63,992 bases of DNA, filler included, from Octopus bimaculoides (GCF_001194135.2; 4 parts of 4 records of this genome joined end to end with filler, not necessarily neighbours in it); one strand, 5' to 3'. Shown: positions 26,743 to 39,985, numbered from the whole stretch's first letter. A program made the numbers and translations. Notes: a model not told the origin generated them from the letters alone.

Positions 26743-27890
26743 TTGCCAAGAAAGTAATTTCAGTTTTTTAGTGTGAAATAAATGTCATTTTTATTTCATA
26801 CAAAGAATGAACTTTAATCAATTATATATTTTCCATTTTGTTCGATGACTTTTTGCCGTCTTTCTGCCACATTCATGATGCCGTGCTCATAGAACCTCTG
26901 GTCCTTATCAGTCAAAAACCGAAGCAAGTGCCATTTGAGGTCGTCACCATTATTGAAAGTTTTACCATTCAATGAATTTCGCAAACTTCGAAATAAAACG
27001 TAACCTGGTGGTTCATGGTCAAGGCTATATGGTGGATGTGACATCACTTCCCAACCAAGCTTCAATAATTTTTCACGAATTAACAAAGGCGTGTGTGGCC
27101 TAGCGTTGTCATAGTAGAACACGATTCTTTTACGATTTGCCAATTCTGTCCGTTTTTCTTTGAGTTCTTCCTCAAGTTTCATTAGTTGTTGACAATAAAC
27201 ATCTGAATCGATCGTTTTGTTCCTTGGTAGCAGATCAAAATACACAACGCGTTTGTAATCCCGCGAAATTGACAGCGTGACCTGTTTTAAGCAATTCAGC
27301 TCTCCATGTGGTTTGTACTGGTTCATTACGTTTGAACAATGATCGTTTTCGATTGATGTTATTGTAGACAATCTATTTTTCATCACCAGCGACGATTCAT
27401 TTCTTAAAAAGGTTGATTTCATTGTGTTTGAGATGCATATCGTAAATATTGGTTCTTTGAGTTAAGTGAATCTCTTTCAATTTATGCTTAACCCAAGTAT
27501 CGAGCCTCTTAACGAGTCCAAGACATTTTAAGGGATTTTCAATTGTTGTATATGATAAATTTATTCTTTCTGCAATCTCTCGCACAGTTATATGACAATC
27601 AGATTCAATTATGGCTTTGATTCGTTCATCACCAATTTCATTAGGTCGATCAGAACGTCGGTCAGCTTTGAGAGGAATATTTCCAGAACGGAATCTTTAA
27701 AACCATGTCTGATATATGCGTTCTGTTAAGCAATCAACACCATAAACTTCACATATCTCTTTGTGAGTCTCAGCAGCTTTCTTGCCTTTACGGAAATAAT
27801 AAAAAGTAAAATATGGCGAAAATATTCGTTTTGCACTCTATGTTAAAATTGACACTGAACAAAATTATCCGCAATTTGCTTCTAAAGTAA
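26737..27890 (-). mobile_element. Mariner transposon (mellifera-like TIR), decayed transposase
   Basis: ORFs 27397-27585 (WVKHKL, the WVPHEL equivalent) and 26814-27422 (YYDNARPH, HPPYSLD, YVLFRSL). TIR-like tttgttgccaagaaagtaatttcagttttt at 26738. Confidence 0.92.
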
Positions 27891-28169
27891 GCNNNNNNNN
27901 NNNNNNNNNNNNNNNNNNNNNNNNNNNNNNNNNNNNNNNNNNNNNNNNNNNNNNNNNNNNNNNNNNNNNNNNNNNNNNNNNNNNNNNNNNNNNNNNNNNN
28001 NNNNNNNNNNNNNNNNNNNNNNNNNNNNNNNNNNNNNNNNNNNNNNNNNNNNNNNNNNNNNNNNNNNNNNNNNNNNNNNNNNNNNNNNNNNNNNNNNNNN
28101 NNNNNNNNNNNNNNNNNNNNNNNNNNNNNNNNNNNNNNNNNNNNNNNNNNNGTGTGTGTATTGAGAAAG

Positions 28170-28350
28170 TTAACTCGAAATGTCTTTTTTATTCTCTCTG
28201 TTTATTTCATCGTGTTCCTTTTTGTTGAAAAGCGTAGGCTCGAAAAGTAGACTTTCTCACCTTCCCGAGCGTCAAGCTAATACACCTACTTGTTGTTTAT
28301 TCACCTGTCTTCGTCTTTTGTTTTTTTGTTTTTCTGTAAATTTGAACTAT
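28170..28350 (+). mobile_element. Penelope-terminus-like dispersed repeat, second copy of the 50130 family
   Basis: Collinear with 50140-50290 (gttgaa.agcgtag.ctcgaaa...cccgagcgtca..ctaataca..t..ttgttgttta..cacctgtc.tcgtct). Confidence 0.7.
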
Positions 28351-28380
28351 ATATATATAGTAACCTGGTGGTTCATGGTG

Positions 28381-28442
<62 letters not shown>

Positions 28443-29879
28443 CAGGCAAGCAGACAGGTAAACTAATAAATAGATATATAGATAAGTAGGTAGGTAGGTA
28501 GGTAGGTGGACATATAGATAGATAGATTGATAGATAGGTTTATTGCTTGATTAGATCTGTGACGTATCTCATTGTGCATTCTAATTTCAACGTTCTAACG
28601 AATTCTTTATTCTTTATTCATTCCTTATCAGTTATAGTTTTATAATAATCCTTCAAATAATTTATCGATATTTTGTTTCTTAGCTTCTTAGTTTGGGTTT
28701 GATTTCGTATTTCTTGCCTCTATTTTTACTCTTTCATAGATACTGAAAACATCATCTGTCACCCAGACGTTTAGACAATGAAACTAATAGTGACATGTCG
28801 AATAATAGAGATTTTAGTAAATTTATTTATATTTGAGGGAAAGGTCAGTTAATATGGCGTTCGATTAAACTCTTTTGATAGTGGTCATGCTTAAAGCAAA
28901 TAAATCGCTATTAATATCTTTTATATGTAAAATAAATATCTATGATTCGCGAAACTGATAACTTTCTGTTTCAAATTAGCTTGTGATTAATAGCTGAGAA
29001 AACACAGCTGTGTGATTGATGATGTTTGAAATGAAGAATCCTTTAAATTGTGCAAATGAAAATGAATTCAAATTTATTGGTTTACTTGGTTGGTACATTG
29101 GCTGGTCTAGTTATCGGTGTGTATGTTAGGTCGGTTGGTTTGAGTGTTATTTGGCGTGTTGGTTGGTATGTATGTTCGATCAGTCTGTTGGTTGTGTGTT
29201 GGTTCTTGATTGGTGTGTATCATTGATGTGTCATTTGGGGTGTATCTATGGCCATTTGGTTGCGATGCTGGTTGTTGTGTTCATTTTAGTTCGTTCGCTA
29301 CTGTGTAGTCGATGTGTTGTTCTATGTGTTGATTTGTGTGTATATTTATTGATTTGTTTGTTATAAGATGCTTGTTTGCCCAGTGGTGTGGCTGTTTCAC
29401 TGTGTCGTCCACTGACTTGTTGGCAGAATGGCATGATGATTGTCTAATCATTTTATCTTCCAACCAATAAGGAAAAGCAATACACAAGCCCCTTTATGTG
29501 GCTATTAAGTGTCTTATTTCTATGCTACTCTCTGTCTACGAATACTCAGGGAAAGATACTAAACTCTACGTAAATAGAAGGCAGAGCTTGAAAGCATGCA
29601 ACTGAGTCGACACCTCTAAAAGCATATAAATATTAATAGGCTTTGAACGAATATTGTCGGACACTTTAAGAATTTTCCAGTGCACTGCATTAGAAACTTT
29701 ATTCATTGATCACAGATTGGTGAAAGGTAAATTTGGCCGAATAGAGATTAGGACCTAAATTTGAAGAGCCGGAAAAGACACTGCAGGGCATTTCATCCTA
29801 CACACTATTGATCTGATGATCTGAGTTAATTCTAATTCTTTATTACCCGATGTGAATAGTAACTAGACTTATGACTAAG

Positions 29880-31010
29880 TACACTTATTCTGGTCATTAC
29901 CCTCTGTTAGTTTAGGAGTGTGATGTAGAGGTTACTTGGGTGGTATTTGCCCTGCGTCGTGTGACCGTATGGACTCTTACTCGTTGGTTCATGTGTTACT
30001 TTGCGCATTGTTCTGTTTGAGGTATCCTCTGCATTTTAGACCTGTTAATTATGTGCCTGGCTACAGTTTACCCATGACTTTAAGACTATTCCTACATAAC
30101 TTTTACACGTTTCTGTGCGCCTTGAATAAATTTATGCTTTTGTTTGAGTTAGAGATTTATACTGAAGTGCCTCAACATTCATTTCAGAGTTGGCTACTTC
30201 TTCAGTCTTGGAGAATAAAGTGCCTTTCATCTCCCCGAGTCAATAAGTATTTTATGAGATATTTTGAAATAGTTTATGTTTGTAAAGCATTGAAATCAGA
30301 GATTTGTTATTTTATCATTTACTGGAAACTTCCAATTACAAATGTTAACTTCAATATACCATAATTATTCCTGCATTTTTGTTAATAAAGACAAAGATGT
30401 CTAGGCTAATTCTGAACTTGATATATTCTACTACGATTGTTCAGTTACTCTGCTCCTTGTTTGTGGTGATTCCTTCGTTGCTAATGCATTTCCTCAATAT
30501 ACCCTTTAGCATTGGTGCTGCGTTGATTGCTATTTTATTTGTACCACCCTTTTATTTCTATTTCGTTTTACTCCTCCTTTTAAAGTTATTTCTATTTTAT
30601 ATTTATTTTAGTTTAGTTCTTGGAAAATGGTATTGGTTGGTGTCGAACTGTATGCTTTGTTCGAAGGAACAATATTGCTTTTCATACCGAAAAATTCTTT
30701 CTGATTTAGTTGGCGTTCTTTCAAGTTCGGGTACACCTTTTGTGTGTATTATAATGTTTTTGTAAACCATGTTTGTTTTTATTTGAACAGTCTTTTAGTT
30801 ACTAGGTACTGATTTAAGTCAGAATTGAGATACAACATTTATTTTCATTTCTTTTGTGTATATTTATTTGACCTGTTGTTTGGGTTTTGGTATTCTATCA
30901 AAGTAGGCACCCACTTTTTCAACAAATACTGTGGCTGCTGTATATATTATTTCTTTTAAATTAGTAATAAAGACGTCCATGCCTGTTTCCATTAAGACTG
31001 TGACGGACAA
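29880..31010 (-). mobile_element. Decayed R4/Dong-type LINE, N-terminal region and start of RT
   Basis: Minus-strand motifs with stops and shifts: KEIIYTAATVFVEKVG, KSERIFRYEKQ...QFDTNQ, NWKFPVNDKITNL*FQCFTNI, GTLFSKTEEVAN. Confidence 0.6.
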
Positions 31011-31949
31011 GTTTGTTTTATTGTCATTAGTTTGTTAACTTTGAATTATATATGCCTATTTTATTCTTTCGTTGCTTCATAAAAATATTTGTAAAAATTA
31101 ACACTTTAATTTCAAAGTATTGTTATGTCTTGATTTTTCATTTTTAGAATGTTTTTATATTGAAATCTTTCTTACATTTCTTTTACCTTTTATTTTTTGT
31201 TTATGTTGTCCTGGTTTAGGAAACCAGTCTTTGTCACAGTTCTATAGTTCCTCTACAATTTTGCTTTGTTCTGTTCTGTTATTAACTTTGTTGCGCGTTT
31301 TAGGTCTTTTGTCGTTGTTTGCTCAATCAGATTTTTATATTTATTTTTATTTATTTATTATGTTGTTTTTTTATTTTTTTTCATTATTTGTCTTGTCATT
31401 ATGTATTCTTTCTGTTCCGTCTTGTATTTCAACTTCTGAAATATGTCTGAAATTGTATCTTCTCAAGTTAACTAATTTATTAGAATCCAAATTTACTTTT
31501 AGGTCAGATTTATTCATCAAATTTTTATCGGAACTATTTTCCGAGGTTCGTGTTTAGAATGTAGTGCGGATGTAAAAAAATGCAAGTATCATACTTCTTG
31601 TGTCTATTCGTAAGAATTTATGAATGAAGGTTGGCCCTTTATTTAGACCATCGTTATTTTTGTCAGCTATTGATTTATTTGTTTCTGGAGATGCGGAATT
31701 TTGCCTGCTCCATTTCCTGTACTATTTTGGCACTAAATACGACGTCATGATTTTCTCTTTAACCTTGAACAGAAGAACGTTTTATATTTGTATTGTTTGT
31801 CAGTTTGATTTTTCTTTTACTTTCGTTTTTGTTTATGAGATGACATGGATTTATCTTTGATTCATATGACTTGGCTTCATTCATATGTTTACTCCTGGTG
31901 CCTGGTCGTAATGTATTAAAAATATAGATATTTGTAATACATTACTATC

Positions 31950-32190
31950 ACTGTGGAAGTCGACTTTGACTTTCATCCTTTGATGTCGATAAAATACCTG
32001 TTGAGAACTGGAATCGATGTAATCGACGTAATCTCATCCCCGAGACTGCTGGCCATGAGCCAGAATATAAAATCAACATTTCTTCCAGCAGTTTACGTTC
32101 CGAGATCAAATGTGTCCGAGGTTAAATGTACATTTTATCCTCCCGGAGTCGAGTAACAGTCAAGTACTTACATTAATGTAATCAACTAAA
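31950..32190 (+). mobile_element. Two degraded SINE family A fragments
   Basis: gtcgactttgactttcatccttt..tgtcgataaaa and tttacgttccgagatcaaat...gaggt. Confidence 0.6.
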
Positions 32191-32229
32191 CCCCAAATAA
32201 CTGCTTGCATTGTTGTCTGATGAGGAACC

Positions 32230-33200
32230 ATTAATATTAGTATTATTTCATTGCACAAATGGGATATAAAATAAGGGGTCTGGTGGTTTTTCTTCAAAGA
32301 GTCATGCTTTCCGAAATAGTTTTGACAAAAATCACGGATACGAGTTATTCGAAGGATATTTTTGAAGCGTTCGCATATGTCTTGATATCAAACTGTACAT
32401 GATAATACGCTACTTTAGGCTGTGGATGTGAACCTAATGCTCAGATGATGACTGGAGAGACTTTCACCTTTGCTGCTGTACATCACATTCCTGATGTTAC
32501 TAGTTCTAATTCAGCATATCTCGTGATATTTTCTATTTCGTTAGCAATTAGTTTTGAGCGTCTATGTGACAGATTCATATAGAGACTTTTTCTTGTACAT
32601 GATTATATCATGTATATGTTTACAATGTTATCAGTGTCAATTGTGCCATATTATATTCTCGCTTGAATTCTTTATGGGCTACATTTTGTGAAATAAATAT
32701 CTTTATTCACTGAATTAATGTTAAGAGCTTGATCTTGAGTGACCAACAACAATAATTTTTTATCGTTTATTGTCCATTACGGAATCATTGTCCTTGACTC
32801 TTTTCATGTATCTGGAGAGCTGTTCACGTAGCTTCATCTCTTTAACCGCTTCTTTTCCCTTACAAGTTATTGTTCTTAGTTATGTTTACTTCTCTTCAAG
32901 TCCGACATCATTTAATTCTAATTCTATGACAGCATTTTAAGTAGTTGTTATGGTTTTCGATTTCGTTATCATCAAAATTATCGTTGTTGCCGCCGTCGTC
33001 ATACTGAAGCTTTAACATGATAATTTACTTAAAAGAAAAGTTATCCGAAATGTGGCAACAACAAACTTCCTCAAATCTCAAGTCTTTTTAAAGTTCTTGC
33101 CAAATGCAACATATCACTTCGTAGAAAATCAACAATAGATACCTCAGTTGTAATGTGCTTCGGCCTCGAAGCAACCAGTTTTTGTGTTGTGCTGAATAAT
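32230..33200 (-). mobile_element. Decayed R4/Dong-type LINE, C-terminal RLE domain and 3' end
   Basis: Minus strand reads EIENITRYAELELVTSGM*..AKVKVSPVII*ALGSHP. The downstream AT-rich end reads aataatactaatattaat. Confidence 0.55.
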
Positions 33201-33888
33201 TTTGTCTCACAAATAATTTTCGCCCTAGAATTCATCTATCTAGTAAAGTTCGATGTTTTTCACGTTTGTCAATTTCCTACATTTCTAATCAAATATCATA
33301 TAGGGTTGAAAAATCAATGATCTTTCATTGTTCTTTGTACCCTCCGCAATGATAATTTGCTTTCTAGCTTGAAATTTATTTCAGGTCTCTTCTGAGAAAT
33401 ATTTAAAACGTGAAATTATCATTCGCAAATCCAATCTCTGGCACATGTTCATACAGTTTCCGTCCATCACTTTAGATCCACAAATTTGGGGAACCTATAG
33501 TGCATAGTTTTCTTAGAAGTTTCCCTTTATAAGTTTTTTTTCAGTATTACATTATTGTTTTCACGNNNNNNNNNNNNNNNNNNNNNNNNNNNNNNNNNNN
33601 NNNNNNNNNNNNNNNNNNNNNNNNNNNNNNNNNNNNNNNNNNNNNNNNNNNNNNNNNNNNNNNNNNNNNNNNNNNNNNNNNNNNNNNNNNNNNNNNNNNN
33701 NNNNNNNNNNNNNNNNNNNNNNNNNNNNNNNNNNNNNNNNNNNNNNNNNNNNNNNNNNNNNNNNNNNNNNNNNNNNNNNNNNNNNNNNNNNNNNNNNNNN
33801 NNNNNNNNNNNNNNNNNNNNNNNNNNNNNNNNNNNNNNNNNNNNNNNNNNNNNNNNNNNNNNNNNNNNNNNNNNNNNNNNNATATATA

Positions 33889-34403
33889 CGAGGTCTAGTC
33901 AAGAACTATCCGACCTTATCTTTGGCAAAAGAGCAAGTATTATTAAAAAAGACACCATTTTGGTTCTTCAAAGTATTGGAGCCTTGGAGCTCTACACACT
34001 TCTGCCAGCGTTCCTGCTACTGCTGGAAGTATTTCTAAAAATCACTTTTTGCTGTAGAGCTCTGCCGTCGAATTTTCCTAAATGTCCTCTGTTGACGCAA
34101 ATCTTCTCCCTTTGAATGCATTTTTTTTTTTTTTTGTGAGCGTTGGGAATAGCCAAAAGTCACACAGAATTAAGTCTGTGAAGTAGGAAGCCTGACGAAG
34201 AAGTGGCGTGCTTTGCTTCGCACAGCACATTCTTCACTTCTGTAGTCAACGCGTCACAGCGGGTGAATGGTGCAACCTACAGAGGCGAAAATTTTTGCGC
34301 ATGCTCAGGAAGGATGCAGTCACCTAATACTTATGCGCATTTTGCTCACGCATTATTATTTTGTGTAAAAAATCAAGGTCGGATACTTTTTAACAACACC
34401 TCA
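33889..34403 (-). mobile_element. Non-autonomous mariner derivative (515 bp)
   Basis: TIRs cgaggtctagtcaagaactatccgacctt / aaggtcggatactttttaacaacacctca with TA flanks. Retains the transposase 3' end (FKGRRFASTEDI*ENST..QERWQKCVE). Confidence 0.8.
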
Positions 34404-34964
34404 TATAAACACATACATATATCATTTAACAATTTAATATACACTGGATTTAAAACCGAGCTACTATTATTTTCATGCTGCAAAAACACTATAAACGGAT
34501 AAGATTGTAGTATAGCGTACCCTATGTTTCGGAGCAAACATTCAGTCTTTCAGGTACAAATATACAACCTGGCAGATCCTTAGCTTTTTTTTTTTTTTTG
34601 TAAAGGAAAACAAAATTACGCTAGTTTTTGAAATATATAAAAGAGGAAGGACTATACTTTTTCACAAACCACGAGAAATGTCGAGAGAAAGCTAAAAGCG
34701 TTCTTTGCCGTTTATTCAAGAAATAAAGTCCTTTTCGTATTTTTTGAAACCGATCAGCTTTGTTGTATAATTTGAGTCTGAAAGATGAGTGAAAAACTGA
34801 TGTCATGCTATATAAGCTTTTCAGTTTGTATCACAACATGAAACTAATAGTAGCTTGAATTTTTAATCCTGTGTATACTAATTGGAAATTTTATCCGGCT
34901 AGAGGAAGTACTGTTTTGTAGACCTCACTAACAACGGAGCGAGGACTTTGAAGGAGACTAAACC

Positions 34965-35000
<36 letters not shown>

Positions 35001-35004
35001 TGCA

Positions 35005-35630
35005 TATATGGGTACAGGACGTCACCAACGGGGAAAATAACATCAAAGACGTAAACAAACGGGTTAAATACGTGAAGGAGTAGAAAAATGAAAAACAGGA
35101 AAAGTAAAGATAGAGAAAGGACCCTCTATCAGTTGTTGGTTGTCTATCTAGTCCTCATTTCGAGCATTCAATGACAATATGAATCTTCAAAGAGTTGCTC
35201 CAATATATTCTAAAATAAAATTGAGGATTTATGGAGGGTGAAATTTGGGAATAAAAACATGACAGTGGAGACATACAAGGAAACCGAATGAAAATAAATA
35301 TGGAGGATCGTTAGAGCAGAACGAGAGGAAAATAGTGAACGCTGAGGAAACTTTTTTTTTTGAAAAGAGAAACGATAGAAGATAGAGAAAAAAACACGTC
35401 CGTTCCTTTGAACATCCGTGCAAGAATAGGTTTTTGTAGCCCATTTCTTATAGCAAGAGAAAAGGTTTTTGAGGATTAGATAGACACCCGACAACTGATG
35501 AAGGGTCATTTCTCGGTGTTTACTTGTCTTGTTTTTTTTATTTTTTATTGTTGTTTACATATTTAACTCGTTTGTTTACATATTTCAAACTATTTGCTCC
35601 GCTGGTAACGCCCTGTACCCATATATACAT
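35005..35630. mobile_element. Inverted-repeat element with about 150-bp arms (Penelope-terminus-like or MITE)
   Basis: The left arm (atatatgggtacaggacgtcacc...accctctatcagttgttggttgtctatctagtcctc) is the reverse complement of the right arm (gaggattagatagacacccgacaactgatgaagggtc...gtaacgccctgtacccatatat). Confidence 0.8.
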
Positions 35631-35741
35631 GTATATATATATAATTTATTATTTTATTGAACGCTACGTATCCATTTCCAAGTGTGTGTGTGTCTATGTA
35701 TGCATGTATGTATATATATATATATACGTATATATATATAA

Positions 35742-35813
<72 letters not shown>

Positions 35814-36368
35814 GTGCGTGTGTGTGTGTGCGTGTGTGTATGTATATGTATGTATGTTTGTGTGTATTTAGACAAGGAAGTCTCATATGACAGGTAACGT
35901 TGAGAACTTACTTAATTCAATGAATTTATCTTCTCTATAATGACAATGAATATAATTTATTAGTAAGAAGTTTCTGCTTAACTGTCAATAATTTTCAAAC
36001 CTAACTCATACAATCAACTGTGACAAAAGTATATTTCCAGCGTTATCTGATATAGGAAATGTAAAGCCTAGGTAATATATAATGGCAATGGAAGATAAGA
36101 TCACTATTATCTCCTTTGGTGAGACAAAGACAGATACAGAGAGAAAGAGAAAGAAAGAGATACAAAATGAAGAGTGATTGAAAATTGCATCAGAATATAT
36201 GCATGTATGTGCCTAAGTTGCTTTTTCTTTGTTTTTTTTTATCAGTGCGTGTGTATGTGTGTGTGTATGTGTGTGTGTTCGTGTGTGTATAAACACACAC
36301 ACACATATTTATATATGTGTGTTAGGGTGTGTGTGTGTATGTATGTATGTATATATCTATGCATCTAT

Positions 36369-36468
36369 NNNNNNNNNNNNNNNNNNNNNNNNNNNNNNNN
36401 NNNNNNNNNNNNTTAATTAATTAANNNNNNNNNNNNNNNNNNNNNNNNNNNNNNNNNNNNNNNNNNNN
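36369..36468. other. Artificial 100-bp scaffold spacer
   Basis: N44 + TTAATTAATTAA + N44. Confidence 0.95.
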
Positions 36469-37472
36469 TATATGATATTAATATAATATACATAAAATCT
36501 TTTAAAAGTCTTTTGTATATAATATATTTGTGTAAATCGTTACTCCAGTTCGTACTCGGGTGAAATATTCTTTCTCAGATGTTAAATAGTTTTAAACGAT
36601 CCTTCACTCCCACTCACTCCCCCCCCCCCAATATCTCACTCACTCAGCGTTCCATGTTTTTCTTTTCAATTCACTCAAACAAACGCCCGGTGTACACAGA
36701 AGCACGGAAACACAACAACAGAGACAGACAAATGATGACAGCAACGTTCATAAATGATTTTTCGTTTCACCTTTATTATATGCATACACACAGAAGCCGA
36801 CCACTCCATAATTCGCCCGCCAGCCACCATGACACCCCACTCAATCACATACACATATATACACACACGAATACACACACGTACGCTCAAACATACATAC
36901 ACGAAAACATACAGAATCTCTCTGAAACACTGGATGTACATCAAAATGTTCGTACATGCACAGGCAGGCGTTAATAAAGCAATTAAACATTCACACACCA
37001 GTGTTTCAATTGTAAATATCAATTTAAATCATGTGTACAATCGTGCTGGGGAAACCTCTGTGTACAAGTGCGTTTATTAATTATATGCATGTAATTTAAA
37101 AATTAAAATACAAAAAAAAAAACTGGTGATAAAAACCATTGAATCTCAGCAACATGAACTCTTGGAAAAGAACAAAAATAACATTAATACCAACAACCAG
37201 AATAACAATAACTTTCACGATTACAACTGTAACAACGAGAACAACAATAATATTGTTACAATGAAAATAAACACATTCGAGATTCATTCTTGTTTGATGA
37301 CGTTTTCGGTGAATGCACTCTCGCCTTTTTCTAATAATGAGTCTAAAGAATAAATCTTAAAACACACATTATATATGTATGTGGGTATGTATGTATGTAT
37401 ATATGTATGTATGTATGCATGTATGCATGTATGTACGTATGTATGTATGTGTATATAACCATATATATATGA

Positions 37473-37508
<36 letters not shown>

Positions 37509-38289
37509 NNNNNNNNNNNNNNNNNNNNNNNNNNNNNNNNNNNNNNNNNNNNNNNNNNNNNNNNNNNNNNNNNNNNNNNNNNNNNNNNNNNNNNNNNNNN
37601 NNNNNNNNNNNNNNNNNNNNNNNNNNNNNNNNNNNNNNNNNNNNNNNNNNNNNNNNNNNNNNNNNNNNNNNNNNNNNNNNNNNNNNNNNNNNNNNNNNNN
37701 NNNNNNNNNNNNNNNNNNNNNNNNNNNNNNNNNNNNNNNNNNNNNNNNNNNNNNNNNNNNNNNNNNNNNNNNNNNNNNNNNNNNNNNNNNNNNNNNNNNN
37801 NNNNNNNNNNNNNNNNNNNNTACTCTAAATATTCTCACCAGTTTCATGAGAGTGTGAGTCATGTCGTACAGGAGATTTTCGAACAACGTACCTATTTAAA
37901 CCCTCACAGAAATAGAGTGTATATATAGATTATTAAGGTGGCCAGTCGTAATTTAAAAGCAAAATGCATAAGTACAAACGTCACTAAAGTACATACATGC
38001 ATGTATATATATATATATATACACTACTCTCAGACATGAAGAAACAACAGCAGTACGAACCAGCCTGACACCTTGAAAATAGCTGGACACATTTAGATAT
38101 TGTAGTCGTAAATACGCAGAAACTTTAGAGAAGGATGAGATGGTCGTGGATGGATCATCTTTGAACGAGGGTCAGATCGTTTAGAGCTAAACAACAGTTA
38201 AATAATGCACCTTACTACATGTTAATAAAAGGAGGGGTGGCCGTAATTGAAGCGCATTTGTTTGAAGGTTTCCTCTCTCAGATTTGACC

Positions 38290-38640
38290 GTACACTAAAT
38301 CAGTAAAGGAGTAAGCAGTAAAGACCCCCCCCCCACTTCGGTCACGAATGACCATTGGGATTGCACTTAGAAAGTTCCCCTCAAAGGCCGGGCAAGATAG
38401 TTTATGGAAGACCAGCAGTCACCCATACATACCAGCCTCCCCACTTCACGCCACCGATATTGTCCAAGGGAAAGGCAAAGGGGCCGAAACAGCTTGACAC
38501 CAGTGACGTCGCAACTCATTTCGACAGTTGAGTGAATAGAAGTAACGTGAAATAAAGTGTCTTGCTCAAGAACACAACACACAGCTCTGTCCGAGTATGG
38601 AACTCAACCTCCCGATCGTTAGCTCAACGCTCTAATCACG
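38290..38640 (-). mobile_element. tRNA-derived SINE (family C-related)
   Basis: Contains the reverse complement of the gtgttcttgagcaagacactttatttcacgtt..cactca.ctg domain seen at 56366. Confidence 0.75.
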
Positions 38641-39070
38641 GTAAATTAAGCCTAGATATATCTGAATACACTTTATTTCACGTAGCTCCAGTCCGCTGGG
38701 CTGTAAATGGGTAACGTTACGACGGATTAACGTACAACGATCAGATAGTGGCTGAGGAAAATCACCCGAACGGAACCTTCGTGAGCCACAGTTTCTATTC
38801 AGCGATCGAAAGGATCAATAGTACAAACCATGCAGTGAATCCTGACCGGTTGAGAATGGTTATTCATCCACATCCGTCAGTGTTGTCTGAACAAAGTTTT
38901 CTTGACAATGGCTGGATTATTTTTTATACATAGGTTTTTTCATTCATAGGTAGTGGTGGTGGTGGTGGTAAAGCAAACACAGACACAAAGACACACAAAC
39001 ACAGACACAATGACACACACACACATACATATGTGTGTGTGTGTATGTCCGTTTGCAGTTAATTTTTGAA

Positions 39071-39150
39071 ACTCTGACGAAGCTATAAGGTGCTATACAA
39101 GTATTCAGCTATGAGTGCATTGCATCTCATGGCAGAAACAGATGTAAGCC
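39071..39150 (+). ncRNA. Decayed hammerhead-like motif, copy 2 of the 54-nt-insert family
   Basis: CUGACGA (39074-80), 54 nt, GAAAC AGAU GUA AGCC. Collinear with 52135-52215. Stem I is reduced to 2 bp. Confidence 0.4.
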
Positions 39151-39414
39151 AATAAAGTTTATCACAAAATTTCTTATCTCCTTAACATTTTAATTTCTTA
39201 TGTACGTACGATGCCCCAACATGGCCACAGCCTTAGGGCTGAAACATGTATAAGAATAAATGTAAAAGACTATATTTATACACACGCGCGCATGCGCACA
39301 CACACACACACATACATACCTCTATGTAGATACATGTAGATACATATATACATATATATGCACATATATACATATATATATATACATATATATACATCTA
39401 TCTCTCTCTCTATG

Positions 39415-39460
<46 letters not shown>

Positions 39461-39529
39461 GATAGATAGAGAGAGAGATACATACATACATACATACACA
39501 CATACATACATACATACATACACATAGTC

Positions 39530-39985
39530 GCAGGCGTGTCTATGGGGTTAGAGGTTCCCTTCAAAACACATGGTTCCGGGTTCAGTTCCACTGCAAGGCA
39601 CCTTAGGAAGGCATCTAATCTTCTACTGTAACCCCAAGCGGACCACAGCATTGTGAGTTGATTTGCTAGAGGGAAACTGAAAGAAGCTCATCCCATATAT
39701 GTATATATCTATGCATGTGTTCGTGTGTGTGTGTTCGTGTGTGTCTGTATGTGTCTGTGTGTCTCGGTGTGTCTGGTGTTGGCCTCCTTCCACCATTTGA
39801 CAACCGCTGTTGGTTTGTTTACGCAACAATAAATTAGCGGTTCGTCAAAAAAGAGAGCGATAGAATAACTAAGTACCAGGTTCAAAAATAATCTAAGTAA
39901 TGCGTGTCGATTTGCTTGACTGCACTCTTAAAGGCCGTGTCCCAGCATGGCCGCAATCCAATGATTGAAACGAATATTAGACAAG
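39530..39985 (+). mobile_element. CORE-like SINE (family B), near full length
   Basis: acacatggttccgggttcagt.ccactgc...ggaaactgaaagaagc...ccagcatggccgca..c.aatgattgaaac. Confidence 0.85.

Noticed and set aside
29936-31860. Hydrophobic plus-strand ORFs suggesting a membrane protein
   Set aside because: Largely antisense of an A-rich decayed LINE. T-rich codons give F/L/I by composition.
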